A DNA stretch of 60,662 nucleotides, taken from positions 1 through 60,662 of the forward strand of contig JADFXX010000013.1 of the NCBI GenBank assembly GCA_015233335.1. The letters are read 5' to 3'. Origin of the DNA: Candidatus Omnitrophota bacterium (GTDB lineage Bacteria > Omnitrophota > Gorgyraeia > Zapsychrales > Fredricksoniimonadaceae). Shown one piece after another: positions 35,191-45,466 of this stretch; the first letter of the stretch is position 1; every line of letters starts with the position of its first letter. Under the pieces are notes generated by a model. The model worked only from the letters and a program-made list of their open reading frames with translations. It was not told where the DNA came from and did not search any database. Position numbers and translations under genes: made by a program.

Positions 35191-37068
35191 ATGTTTCTTT
35201 TTCTTCCCATACTTTTCTTGGTTTTTTGTTCCGTCCTAGGATACAGGCATTTTAACAGCTGGCGTGCGGGAGGTCTATTTGCGGCTATTATAACCGGGAG
35301 CCTATTGACAGGAATAACAGAAATATTGAGCTTTCAACAGGCTTTTTGTTTTTATCCCCTGATGATCAGCTGGTTATTATTGACGGTCTTGATTGGTGTC
35401 AGGGCCGCTGTGGTTTGGCGTAGAATACCGGTTTTTTTTCATGGCAATGCTGGCAGCTGGTTTTTGAGCGAAAAAATACTCTTAGGGATCATTCTCCTTA
35501 TTTGCATGGTGAGCGCGATAACGGCGATAGCCGGAATCCCTAATACTTGGGATTCCATGACCTATCATCTTCCTCGAGCGGAGCATTGGATACAAAATAG
35601 GACGGTCGGATTTTATCCGACCAACGTTATCCGTCAATTATATATCACTCCATGGGCCGAATTTGCTATTGCCCATATGCTTATTTTAGGGGGAGGGGAC
35701 ACAAGTGTTAATCTGGTCCAATGGGCGGCGATGGCAGGTAGTTTAATAGGCGTATCGCTGATAGCCCGGCAATTAGGAGCCGGCCGGACAGGACAGCTCA
35801 TGGCCGCGGTATTTGTCTCAACCTTGCCTATGGGCATTTTACAGTCAGTCAGCACACAAACTGATTATGTGTGCGCTTTTTGGGTGGTTGCATTTGTATT
35901 TTTTCTGATTGAAAGCCGGCGTGAACCTATTTTGATGCATGCGATTGCCGCCGGACTTGGCCTCGGGCTGGCGTGCTTAACCAAGGGCAATAGTTATATT
36001 TTTGCATTGCCTTTCTTAGGATGGTTCACATGGACAAGTGCCAAGGTGCGTCTGCGGCAGTGTATCGCGGCAGTCCTGTTGATTGTTGTCTGCGTATTGG
36101 TTTTAAATATAGGGCAATATGTGCGTAATACCCAGACATTCCGGTCTCCTGCTTGGACGAACGCCCCATTAATGAATGCATCATTGAGCCCCCGGATTTT
36201 ATGGATAAATATATTGCGCAATATCGGGGTACACCTGGCCACGCCCGTGATGAAAGTTAATGAAAAAACCACGCAGGTCATTACAAGGGCGGCACAATTG
36301 TTGGGCGCGGATATTAATGACCCGCGTGCGACCATTGGGGGTAATTTCGTCATCAACAGTATTTATTTCGATGAGGATTATACGGGAAATTTTATTCATA
36401 TTCTTCTTTTCGGGACAGTCTTATTGTTGTCTTGGTTTTATCGCCCAATCAAAGCAAGGATCAATTTTTATGTCGTGAGCGTCATTTTTTCGTTTCTGTT
36501 GTTTTGTCTGGTCGTGCGTTTCCAGCCTTGGCAGAGCCGATTTCATTTGCCCCTGTTTATTTTATTTTGTCCTGTTGCAGGAGTTGTCCTGGAGAGAGGC
36601 CTCAATCAAAAAAGCGTCCTTTTAGGGGCCGTATTTTTTTTAGCGGCCTTGCCCGGGCTGTTCTTGAATAAACAGCATCCGTGGATGGGGGAGTTTAATA
36701 TTTGGCGACAGCCTAAACCCGCGCAATATTTTTATAAACGTCCTGATTTTGCCCTGCCATATGCTGCCAGCTCAGTTTTTTTGAATTCTGCCGGCTGCCG
36801 TCAAATCGGGCTTTTAATCAGCGAAGATACCTGGGAGTATCCTTGGTGGAAATTTTTGCAAGGAAAGGGATTACGGATTGAACATGTTGGGGTTAGTAAT
36901 TTATCAGCCTCTTTGAAATATCCCTTGGGAGATTTTGAACCTTGTGCGGTTATTGTTTCCGGAATTGAGAAAGGAGCATTATTAATGGTAGGCAGCGGTA
37001 TTTATGGACAGGTTTGGTCCATACCTGAGGGGGCCGGGAAAATCTCTATTTTTTTAAGAAAGTTCTAA
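35191..37068 (+). CDS. polytopic GT-C-like (ArnT/PMT_2-like) membrane glycosyltransferase, putative
   Basis: 625 aa, at least 11 TM helices, a first-loop WDSMTYHLPRAEHW, and a C-terminal soluble domain of about 150 aa. Confidence 0.6.
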   Translation: MFLFLPILFLVFCSVLGYRHFNSWRAGGLFAAIITGSLLTGITEILSFQQAFCFYPLMISWLLLTVLIGVRAAVVWRRIPVFFHGNAGSWFLSEKILLGIILLICMVSAITAIAGIPNTWDSMTYHLPRAEHWIQNRTVGFYPTNVIRQLYITPWAEFAIAHMLILGGGDTSVNLVQWAAMAGSLIGVSLIARQLGAGRTGQLMAAVFVSTLPMGILQSVSTQTDYVCAFWVVAFVFFLIESRREPILMHAIAAGLGLGLACLTKGNSYIFALPFLGWFTWTSAKVRLRQCIAAVLLIVVCVLVLNIGQYVRNTQTFRSPAWTNAPLMNASLSPRILWINILRNIGVHLATPVMKVNEKTTQVITRAAQLLGADINDPRATIGGNFVINSIYFDEDYTGNFIHILLFGTVLLLSWFYRPIKARINFYVVSVIFSFLLFCLVVRFQPWQSRFHLPLFILFCPVAGVVLERGLNQKSVLLGAVFFLAALPGLFLNKQHPWMGEFNIWRQPKPAQYFYKRPDFALPYAASSVFLNSAGCRQIGLLISEDTWEYPWWKFLQGKGLRIEHVGVSNLSASLKYPLGDFEPCAVIVSGIEKGALLMVGSGIYGQVWSIPEGAGKISIFLRKF

Positions 37069-37075
37069 GGTTTTT

Positions 37076-38761
37076 ATGAAGGAAAAGATTCAAATACTTG
37101 TCTTTGCCGCTTTTGTCCTGTTGATCGCCTCATTATTTCGTTATTGCAGTGGTCCGTTTTATTTTGGCAATAACAACGACCCCTCTTATTTTTATTTTTA
37201 TAATTTTCTCTGTATTCTTGAAGGAAAAAGTTTGCCATTTGTCGATCATCCGGGGACCACGCTGGATATGCTGGGAGCTTTGGTTGTGAAGATGTTTTTT
37301 TCTTCCTCTCAAAACACTCCATGGCTTTTGGCGAATGCGTTGCGGTCAGAAGAAGTGTTGGGTTTAGTTTGGTTTTTGATGATCGTCATGTATGTTGCGA
37401 CGGTGGTAGTTTTGGGATTTTATGTTTTTAAGAAACTTCAGGATAGGGTATTTACCGGACTTGTTTTATTAAGTAGTTTATGGCTGATCGGAGTGCGGTC
37501 TTTTTCTGGGCAGGGGATTTTACCAATCAGCGCTAATGTTAATTCAGACACGATGATGATGACAGCCGTCAATCTTATGCTTTTGGCTATTTTCAGGTTC
37601 TATTTTAGCCCCAAGACACATGCATGCTCGCAGGCGATTAGTTTAGGGACAGCAGTGGCTTTTGCCCTTGCCACCAAATTTACGGCGTTACCTTTTTTTG
37701 TCGTGGCGTGGGTTATCCTTGAAACTTGGCAACAGAGGATCTTGTTGACGGCAGTTGTAGCAGGGGGGTTTATTGTATTGACCTGCCCCCTCTGGAGTTC
37801 TTATTCGCACATGATCACTTGGTGTAAAGGGCTGATTTTTCATCAAGGCTTCCATGGATCAGGAGGTGAGGGTTTTGATAGGACTGCATTTGTTCGGGGG
37901 TTTGTTTGGGTTATTAAGACGCATTGGTTTTTTGCAGGGGCATGGTTTTTTGCAGGAATGGTTGCCCTTAACCGCAGGCCGTCGGTAGACTCCAAAATAC
38001 GGAGAGTTTTATCAGCCGTGGCCCTCGGAGGACTGGCCCAGATGATCATCGTTGCTAAACAGCCCTCCTATCAATATATGGCGCCTATGATAGGAATATC
38101 ATCCTTAGTCCCTGCTTTTTTATATAAGGCCTTTCCTCATTGGTGGCGCAGGGGGTTCAAATATGCCATGGGGTTTATTCTTGCGGTGTCCCTTGGATCG
38201 ATCGCGGTTGGGATGTGGCAGGTTAATGAAAAAAAGCAAAAAACTAAGGAAATGCTGGAAACCATCGCCAAGGATTACGCACAATGCCGGGTATGTCCAT
38301 TTTACCGCAGTTCAACGCCGGGATTCAGTTTTGTGTTTTGGAATCGGGTGATTGAAAGCGAGGAGTATTCATCCATTTTAAAATCACTTTATCCGGATCT
38401 GGTTTATTATGATATTTTTGGCAGGGACTTTAAAGACAGTGCCGGGCAGGTTGTTTCTTTGGGGCAATTAAAGAGGCAAAAATCGCAGGTATTGATTTAT
38501 GGCAGTGACCGGGACCCCCAGAGCTTTGAACCCTATTTGACGATAAAGAAAATTTATACCCATGGGGACGAGTCTCTCTATGAAGTGATATCAGGGCGAT
38601 CAAACAGGGGCATGGAGTTTTTTCAATATGCCATGGTCATGTTTGCTCAAGGCCGGGATGAGGAAGCGTTTAAGGCGGCTGTGATCAGCCAGCAATTAGG
38701 AGTGGGGCAGGATATCAGCGGGTTTATCGAACTTTTGAGTCATAAAATCTTAAGGCATTAA
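37076..38761 (+). CDS. polytopic GT-C-like membrane glycosyltransferase, putative
   Basis: 561 aa. VDHPGTTLDML follows TM1 and resembles the D..HPP motif of PMT_2-type enzymes. Multiple TM helices and a C-terminal soluble domain. Confidence 0.55.
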   Translation: MKEKIQILVFAAFVLLIASLFRYCSGPFYFGNNNDPSYFYFYNFLCILEGKSLPFVDHPGTTLDMLGALVVKMFFSSSQNTPWLLANALRSEEVLGLVWFLMIVMYVATVVVLGFYVFKKLQDRVFTGLVLLSSLWLIGVRSFSGQGILPISANVNSDTMMMTAVNLMLLAIFRFYFSPKTHACSQAISLGTAVAFALATKFTALPFFVVAWVILETWQQRILLTAVVAGGFIVLTCPLWSSYSHMITWCKGLIFHQGFHGSGGEGFDRTAFVRGFVWVIKTHWFFAGAWFFAGMVALNRRPSVDSKIRRVLSAVALGGLAQMIIVAKQPSYQYMAPMIGISSLVPAFLYKAFPHWWRRGFKYAMGFILAVSLGSIAVGMWQVNEKKQKTKEMLETIAKDYAQCRVCPFYRSSTPGFSFVFWNRVIESEEYSSILKSLYPDLVYYDIFGRDFKDSAGQVVSLGQLKRQKSQVLIYGSDRDPQSFEPYLTIKKIYTHGDESLYEVISGRSNRGMEFFQYAMVMFAQGRDEEAFKAAVISQQLGVGQDISGFIELLSHKILRH

Positions 38762-38798
38762 CAAATATTCTATTAGTCAATACGTCGGCGTTACTGGA

Positions 38799-40328
38799 AT
38801 GAACCCTATTAAAACTTTTATCAATAAGAATCCTGCAGTCTTACTATTATTCTTTGTGTATCTTTTTTTTCTGCCCCACCTGCTTTCTTATGATTATGCC
38901 TGGATGTTCCCGGAGGAATTTTTTTGCAAGAAAGCGGCGATCAAGAATGGGCCCCAGTTGCAATGGCAGGATCTCAAATCTGGAATGGACTGGTGGGGTT
39001 TTGAAGAGGGGACGTTTCGGATCACAAGGCCGCTATCATCCTATTTTGAGATTTTGGATACGAAATTTCGTTGTTGGTTATGGCACTTCATGCCTCCTCA
39101 TCCAAGCGTGTCCTTGACTTGGATTTTTTCTTTTATAGGAGCGCCCGTATTTCTCTACCGGCTTATGCGCTATTGGAAGGTGAGCCAAAATACAGCCTTG
39201 GCAATGACAGCTTTTTATTTGATGACCCCGGCGGTCATGAGTTATGCGGTCATGCTTTTTCGTCCTGCCAAGCCTATGGCCAATTTTTTTATCATTCTTT
39301 GCCTTTATCAGGCATCCAACTTGCAAAAGAAGTTCCTTGACCATGGCAAACCAATCCCCCCCATCAATTATATGGTTTTTTGGGTTATATCGACTTTGTC
39401 TTTTTATTGGGATGAGACGATTTGGGTGATCATTCCGGCGTTATTGGTTCTTTTTCCCAGAGTGCTCATCTGCAGGAAAAGTTATTTGTGGGCATGGCTG
39501 TCGTTACCTTTCGTGACCACGCTGTTCTATTTTAAAATCATTCCCTTTCTGACAGTGTTAGCAGGTTATGATTATGCCGACGTGATAAGATTTAAAGGGT
39601 CTTTACGGCAGCTCAGCAACTTTCCGATCGAATTTCTTCTAGATTTGGCCGGCAATGCCAAGAGTCTTGTTTTCGACACGATGGGCATTATGGTTCCTGA
39701 TGTGTTTAAAGCATCGCTCTGGATCAAAGCAGTCTTCGGCATTTCTTTGGCCGCCTGGGGCGTGATCTGGTTTTATCTATTAAGAATCAGGTGGCCGTCG
39801 AACTGGTGGGCAATTTTTTTAGGCGGGCTTTTATTGTTCTTTAATTATCTCATGACTATTCTTGTGGGCGTTTGGGGACCGTATTATTATGGGGCATTTT
39901 GGTCGATTTTCTTTGTTCTATGGCTCGGTCTTTGGATCCAGCAATCCCGTATTTCCAGATTTGTGTTAACGGTTTGTTTTATTCCGATTTTCTTGAGCAT
40001 GTTTTATGGTTTTTCGGCGATCAACAGGGTGTATAAATTACAGCACTATTATCCATATAATCCAACCTCCATTAGTCAATACTTTGCGGGCAAAAAAAGT
40101 TTTTTTGATACGGACCGAACCCTTCCCTTTTCAGGAAGTGAACTGGAGTGGTACGCAAAATCCTATTGGCTGGCATTAAAACAGAGGCCATCTTGGGCCC
40201 AATTGAGCTGCCTGCCGTCTGAACTATATTGGCTTAAGCTAGAATTAGAGCCGGACAAGAGGCATACCAGGTATGAATTGGATACCAAAAATACGCATAT
40301 CCCGACATTAATTTTTGATTTTTATTAA
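38799..40328 (+). CDS. polytopic membrane protein, possible third GT-C-like enzyme
   Basis: 509 aa, about 11 TM helices, with a first loop containing FRITRPLSSYF and PPHPS. Confidence 0.45.
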   Translation: MNPIKTFINKNPAVLLLFFVYLFFLPHLLSYDYAWMFPEEFFCKKAAIKNGPQLQWQDLKSGMDWWGFEEGTFRITRPLSSYFEILDTKFRCWLWHFMPPHPSVSLTWIFSFIGAPVFLYRLMRYWKVSQNTALAMTAFYLMTPAVMSYAVMLFRPAKPMANFFIILCLYQASNLQKKFLDHGKPIPPINYMVFWVISTLSFYWDETIWVIIPALLVLFPRVLICRKSYLWAWLSLPFVTTLFYFKIIPFLTVLAGYDYADVIRFKGSLRQLSNFPIEFLLDLAGNAKSLVFDTMGIMVPDVFKASLWIKAVFGISLAAWGVIWFYLLRIRWPSNWWAIFLGGLLLFFNYLMTILVGVWGPYYYGAFWSIFFVLWLGLWIQQSRISRFVLTVCFIPIFLSMFYGFSAINRVYKLQHYYPYNPTSISQYFAGKKSFFDTDRTLPFSGSELEWYAKSYWLALKQRPSWAQLSCLPSELYWLKLELEPDKRHTRYELDTKNTHIPTLIFDFY

Positions 40329-40330
40329 AA

Positions 40331-40822
40331 ATGTTTCGTATGAAGAAAATAGTCTTCTTTTTGATCATAGTTTTTATGCTTGCCGGGTGCAGGGGCACAC
40401 CTGAGTCTGAAAATGAACGTAAAATATTTGATGCCAGGGGGCTTATTATTAAGGCCTTGGAAGAATTAAATAATAAAGATATTCAAAGCGCGACCCGAAA
40501 CTTGCAGGAAGCTGTTAAAAAAGATCCTTCTCAAATAGAAGCTTTCTTTCTCCTTGGCCAGGTTTATTTGAGAGCTAAAGAGCCAGAGGAAGCTCTTTAT
40601 GTGTTTGAGTATGCGGCTCATCTTTTTGGGGATAATGGAACAGTTTTTTACATGCTTGCCATTGCGTATCATGAGGTTGGCAGAAACCCAGAAGCTCTTG
40701 CCGCGGCCCGTCGCAGCGTTGAACTGTTTTCCCAAAATCAGAGGGAAGAAGTGTTTAAAAACGCAATGATCAAGGCGGTTTTTTTATGGCACGAGTTTTC
40801 AGCAGAAAGCATCAGGAAATGA
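40331..40822 (+). CDS. TPR lipoprotein
   Basis: Lipobox FMLAGC. The start may instead be MKKIVFF at 40340. Contains TPR-like helices and is a paralog of the 46968..47552 protein. Confidence 0.8.
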   Translation: MFRMKKIVFFLIIVFMLAGCRGTPESENERKIFDARGLIIKALEELNNKDIQSATRNLQEAVKKDPSQIEAFFLLGQVYLRAKEPEEALYVFEYAAHLFGDNGTVFYMLAIAYHEVGRNPEALAAARRSVELFSQNQREEVFKNAMIKAVFLWHEFSAESIRK

Positions 40823-40839
40823 GGGATGTTTAATTTAAT

Positions 40840-40868
40840 TTGCATTATTCGACGAAAGATAATAAAAT
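40840..40868 (+). promoter_or_regulatory. candidate sigma70 promoter of gltBD
   Basis: TTGCAT (40840-45), 17 nt, TAAAAT (40863-68). Confidence 0.4.
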
Positions 40869-40919
40869 AAACCTTTTCTATGCAACCCTATTTAACCCTG
40901 AATTCAGCAAATCAGTAAC

Positions 40920-43900
40920 ATGAGTCTTCCAGAAAAACAAGGTTTATACGACCCGTATTTTGAGCACGATTCCTGCGGGGTGGGATTTATCGCGCATATC
41001 AAGGGGCACAAATCCCATGAGATCATCCGTCAGGGAGTTGAGATTTTAGAAAATTTGAGTCATCGCGGCGCTTGCGGTTGTGATCCTGAAACCGGAGATG
41101 GGGCAGGGATACTCATTCAGATGCCGGATGCTTTTTTTCGTAAAGAATTAGCCCGACGAGACATTGCGCTACCATCTGCAGGTGATTACGGCGTTGGCTT
41201 GGTTTTTCTGCCCACCTCCCTGGAAGACCGTAATATTGTCGAAGAATGGACCGAGCACATTATTCATGAAGAAGGACAAAAATTGATCGGCTGGAGAGAG
41301 GTCCCTCATGAGCCTTCGCAAGTGGGGAAGGTCGCCCGCTCGGTCATGCCTGCATTTAAACAGCTTTTCATTGCACGCGGCAAAAATACCCCGAAGGAAG
41401 ATTTTGATCGAAAACTTTATGTGATTAGAAAACGCCTTTGGAACAAAGTCTATAACTCCACGTTAGCACAGAGAAATTTTTATTATTTTTGTTCGCTTGC
41501 CAGCAACACCTTAGTTTACAAAGGACAGCTGATGAGCGCGCAGTTGAATCGTTTTTTTCCTGATCTCAGTGATTCTTCAATGGTTTCAGCGGTTGCCTTG
41601 GTGCACTCGCGGTATTCTACGAATACTTTCCCAAGCTGGGCTTTAGCGCATCCGTACCGCTATATCGCTCACAACGGGGAGATTAATACTTTGCGGGGCA
41701 ATATTAACTGGATACAAACACGGGAGAAACAGTTTGTTTCCAAAGCATTTGGTGCGGATTTAAAGAAAGTCTTGCCTATTGTCGTCCCTCATGGTTCGGA
41801 CACGGCAACGTTTGACAATGTTTTGGAAATGCTGCTTCTTTGCGGCCGTTCCTTGCCCCATGCGATGATGATGATGATTCCAGAGGCTTGGAGTAATCAT
41901 CAGGAAATGGAGCCTAAAAAGCGTGCCTTCTATGAATATCATTCCTGTTTAATGGAACCTTGGGATGGACCTGCCGCTATTGCTTTTTCTGATGGAAGAT
42001 ATGTCGGAGCTCTGCTTGACCGCAATGGATTGAGGCCTTCGCGCTATGCATTGACACATGATGATATGGTGATCATGGCTTCAGAGGCGGGGGTGTTGCC
42101 CTTGATTGAAAAAAAGATCATTGCTAAAGGCCGTCTGCAGCCGGGAAAAATGTTTTTGGTGGACACTCAGGAGGGGCGCATCATTGATGACGAAGAAGTC
42201 AAAAAGTCTTATGCCCTGCGGCAGCCTTACGACAAATGGCTTCGGGAGAATATTGTGGATTTGCGTAAACTGCCTGAGCCTGCCCAAGTTCATGGGCTCG
42301 ATGTAAAAACGTTGATCGCCCGCCAGCGTGCTTTTGGCTATACCCTTGAAGACCTCAAAATTATATTGCAGCCGATGGCGCAAGGTGAGGAGGCCACCGG
42401 GTCTATGGGGACAGATACGCCCCTGGCAGTGCTCTCTGAAAGGCCAAAACTTCTTTTTGAGTATTTTAAGCAATTATTCGCTCAGGTGACCAATCCTCCC
42501 ATTGATGCTATCCGCGAAGAGATTATCATGGCCGAAGATATGATGCTGGGACCTGAAGGGAATTTGATTGAGGAAGGCCCGGACCATTGCCATCGTTTAT
42601 GGATCCAGCGTCCGATCCTGACGAATGAAGAGTTAGAAAAAGTGGCGCACCTGCATCAAGGGAAATTAAAAGCTTTGAGGTTGCCCTGCGTGTTTGAAAA
42701 AGCTAAGGGAGCCCAAGGTTTGACACAGGCCTTCGAGCGTCTGTGTGCCAAAGCTGATGACGCCATTGACCGGGGATATAGTATTTTGATTCTCTCGGAT
42801 CGAGATATTTCTGCAAAGAATGTTCCAATTCCATCGCTCTTGGCCTGTGCGGGATTGCATCACTACCTGATCCGGCAGGGTAAACGCACTCAAGTCAGCA
42901 TCGTGGTTGAATCAGGCGAGGCGCGTGAACTGCATCATTTCGCGGTCTTGATAGGCTATGGAGCTCAAGCGATCAATCCGTATCTGGCCTTTGAGACCAT
43001 TGAGGCTATGATCGAGGAAAAGCGACTGGAACCGGCGATTCTCTTTAAAGATGCCCAGAAGAACTTTCTTAAAGCCTGTCATAAAGGGTTGTATAAAATT
43101 ATTTCTAAAATGGGTATTTCTACCATTCAATCGTATTGCGGAGCGCAAATTTTTGAGGCCGTGGGCTTGGGCCAGGAGCTGATCGATCAATATTTTACAG
43201 CCACCCCCTCGCGCATCGGGGGCATTAATATTGATGTCGTAGCCCAGGAAGCGCTTAAGCGTCATGAGATAGGGTATCCCTCATTTGATGTTGAGTATGC
43301 TATGCTGGAGGAGGGCGGAGAATACGCTTGGCGCGCACGATCAGAATTTCATCAATTAAACCCAACCACCATAGCTCTCCTGCAGCATGCGACACGCTCA
43401 GGTAATTTTCAAATTTTTCAACAATACTCCAAAGCCGTCAATGAGCATAGTCGGCAGATACCCAATATCCGCGGGCTTTTAAAATTTAAAACCGGGCATC
43501 CTATCCCCATTGATCAGGTGGAGCCGGCCTCATCAATTGTTAAGCGGTTTGCAACAGGTGCTATGAGCTATGGGTCTATTTCTAAGGAAGCTCATGAAAC
43601 TTTAGCCATTGCCATGAACCGTTTGGGAGGTTTTTCAAATACCGGTGAGGGCGGCGAGGATGCCGAACGGTTTAAAAAAGACCCGAATGGCGACTGGAGG
43701 AGAAGCCGCATCAAACAGGTTGCTCAAGGTCGGTTTGGGGTGACCATCGAATATTTGGTCAATGCAGACCAGCTTCAGATTAAAATGGCCCAAGGGGCTA
43801 AGCCCGGCGAGGGCGGTCAGCTTCCCGGACATAAAGTGTCCAAGGAAATAGCCTACACCCGTCATACGACCCCAGGGGTTATTTTGATCTCCCCTCCGCC

Positions 43901-45449
43901 GCATCATGATATTTATTCTATCGAGGATCTGGCACAGTTGATCCATGACCTAAAGAATGCTAACCCGCAAGCCGCCATTTCGGTCAAGTTAGTTTCCGAA
44001 ATCGGGGTGGGAACGGTCGCGGCCGGTGTTTCCAAGGGGAAGGCAGACCATGTTTTGATTTCCGGATTTGAAGGCGGGACTGGCGCTTCACCGCAGACGT
44101 CGATTAAACACGCAGGGTTACCGATGGAATTAGGCCTTGCCGAAACCCAGCAGGTTCTGGTCATGAATGATTTGCGTGGGCGCATTAGGGTCCAGACCGA
44201 CGGCCAATTAAAGACAGGTCGTGATGTGGCGATTGCTGCGATGTTAGGTGCGGATGAATTCGGGTTTTCGACGACCGCCCTGATCACCTTAGGCTGTATT
44301 TTGCTGCGCAAATGTCATTTGAATACCTGTTCTGTCGGGGTTGCGACCCAAGATAAGGAGTTACGTAAAAAGTTTGAAGGCAAGCCGGAATATGTGGTTA
44401 ACTTCTTTACATTTATTGCCGAAGAAGTTCGTCAGATCATGGCCCAGATGGGGTTTTCCAAATTTGAAGACATGGTAGGCCGCGTGGATATGCTTGAAAC
44501 CAAGGAAACAATTGACCATTGGAAGGCTAAGGGCATTGATCTTACCAATATTCTTCACCGGCCAGACGTGCCGGAAGGAGTGGCCATAAGGCATTCGGCA
44601 ACCCAAGATCATGCTCTAGAAAACGCGTTGGATAATTCACTGATTGCCTTGAGTCAACAGGCGATCGAACACAAGACACCGGTGCAATTTGAGGCGGATA
44701 TTCGCAACATCAATCGTACTGTGGGCACCATGCTTTCGTCAAGAGTGGCACTCAAGTATGGGTTATCGGGCTTGCCAGAGGATACCATTCAAATTAAATT
44801 TAAAGGTTCTGCGGGACAAAGTTTTGGGGCATTCTTAGCTAACGGGATAAGCTTAACACTTGAAGGGGAGGCCAATGATTATGTCGGTAAGGGGCTTTCC
44901 GGAGGTCGCATTGTTGTTTTTCCTCCGAAGGGGGCGCAATATCGACCTGAGGAAAACATCATTGTGGGGAATGTCGTTTTGTATGGGTCTATTCGCGGGG
45001 AAGCATTTTTTAGAGGACTTGCCGGAGAACGTTTTGCCGTGCGGAATTCCGGAGCATATGCGGTGGTTGAGGGAGTGGGGGATCACGGTTGTGAGTATAT
45101 GACCGGTGGGCGTGTGGTGGTGATAGGCCCCACGGGGCGAAATTTTGCGGCGGGTATGTCCGGAGGTATTGCCTATGTGATGGACAATGAAGGGGCTTTC
45201 AAGAGAAATTGTAATATGGGCATGGTGGATTTATTTCCGGTGGAAGAACAAACAGATATTCTGGAATTAAAAACTTTGATTGAAAAGCACTTAAAATATA
45301 CGCAATCTACTCTGGCCGATGCCATATTGAAGGATTGGGATCGCGTTGTGGGGCGATTTGTCAAAGTTTACCCGCGTGATTATCGAAAGGTCTTAGAAGA
45401 GGCACAAGCGGTTAAAAATACTGAAGACGTCTCATTACGCAGAACGTAG
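40920..45449 (+). CDS. gltB: glutamate synthase large subunit
   Basis: 1509 aa. EHDSCGVGF Ntn-amidotransferase start, a central FMN domain, and a C-terminal GXGXG beta-helix domain (GNVVLYGSIRGEAFFRGLAGERFAVRNSG). Confidence 0.97.
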   Translation: MSLPEKQGLYDPYFEHDSCGVGFIAHIKGHKSHEIIRQGVEILENLSHRGACGCDPETGDGAGILIQMPDAFFRKELARRDIALPSAGDYGVGLVFLPTSLEDRNIVEEWTEHIIHEEGQKLIGWREVPHEPSQVGKVARSVMPAFKQLFIARGKNTPKEDFDRKLYVIRKRLWNKVYNSTLAQRNFYYFCSLASNTLVYKGQLMSAQLNRFFPDLSDSSMVSAVALVHSRYSTNTFPSWALAHPYRYIAHNGEINTLRGNINWIQTREKQFVSKAFGADLKKVLPIVVPHGSDTATFDNVLEMLLLCGRSLPHAMMMMIPEAWSNHQEMEPKKRAFYEYHSCLMEPWDGPAAIAFSDGRYVGALLDRNGLRPSRYALTHDDMVIMASEAGVLPLIEKKIIAKGRLQPGKMFLVDTQEGRIIDDEEVKKSYALRQPYDKWLRENIVDLRKLPEPAQVHGLDVKTLIARQRAFGYTLEDLKIILQPMAQGEEATGSMGTDTPLAVLSERPKLLFEYFKQLFAQVTNPPIDAIREEIIMAEDMMLGPEGNLIEEGPDHCHRLWIQRPILTNEELEKVAHLHQGKLKALRLPCVFEKAKGAQGLTQAFERLCAKADDAIDRGYSILILSDRDISAKNVPIPSLLACAGLHHYLIRQGKRTQVSIVVESGEARELHHFAVLIGYGAQAINPYLAFETIEAMIEEKRLEPAILFKDAQKNFLKACHKGLYKIISKMGISTIQSYCGAQIFEAVGLGQELIDQYFTATPSRIGGINIDVVAQEALKRHEIGYPSFDVEYAMLEEGGEYAWRARSEFHQLNPTTIALLQHATRSGNFQIFQQYSKAVNEHSRQIPNIRGLLKFKTGHPIPIDQVEPASSIVKRFATGAMSYGSISKEAHETLAIAMNRLGGFSNTGEGGEDAERFKKDPNGDWRRSRIKQVAQGRFGVTIEYLVNADQLQIKMAQGAKPGEGGQLPGHKVSKEIAYTRHTTPGVILISPPPHHDIYSIEDLAQLIHDLKNANPQAAISVKLVSEIGVGTVAAGVSKGKADHVLISGFEGGTGASPQTSIKHAGLPMELGLAETQQVLVMNDLRGRIRVQTDGQLKTGRDVAIAAMLGADEFGFSTTALITLGCILLRKCHLNTCSVGVATQDKELRKKFEGKPEYVVNFFTFIAEEVRQIMAQMGFSKFEDMVGRVDMLETKETIDHWKAKGIDLTNILHRPDVPEGVAIRHSATQDHALENALDNSLIALSQQAIEHKTPVQFEADIRNINRTVGTMLSSRVALKYGLSGLPEDTIQIKFKGSAGQSFGAFLANGISLTLEGEANDYVGKGLSGGRIVVFPPKGAQYRPEENIIVGNVVLYGSIRGEAFFRGLAGERFAVRNSGAYAVVEGVGDHGCEYMTGGRVVVIGPTGRNFAAGMSGGIAYVMDNEGAFKRNCNMGMVDLFPVEEQTDILELKTLIEKHLKYTQSTLADAILKDWDRVVGRFVKVYPRDYRKVLEEAQAVKNTEDVSLRRT

Positions 45450-45466
45450 CGATAGGGAATACTCAT

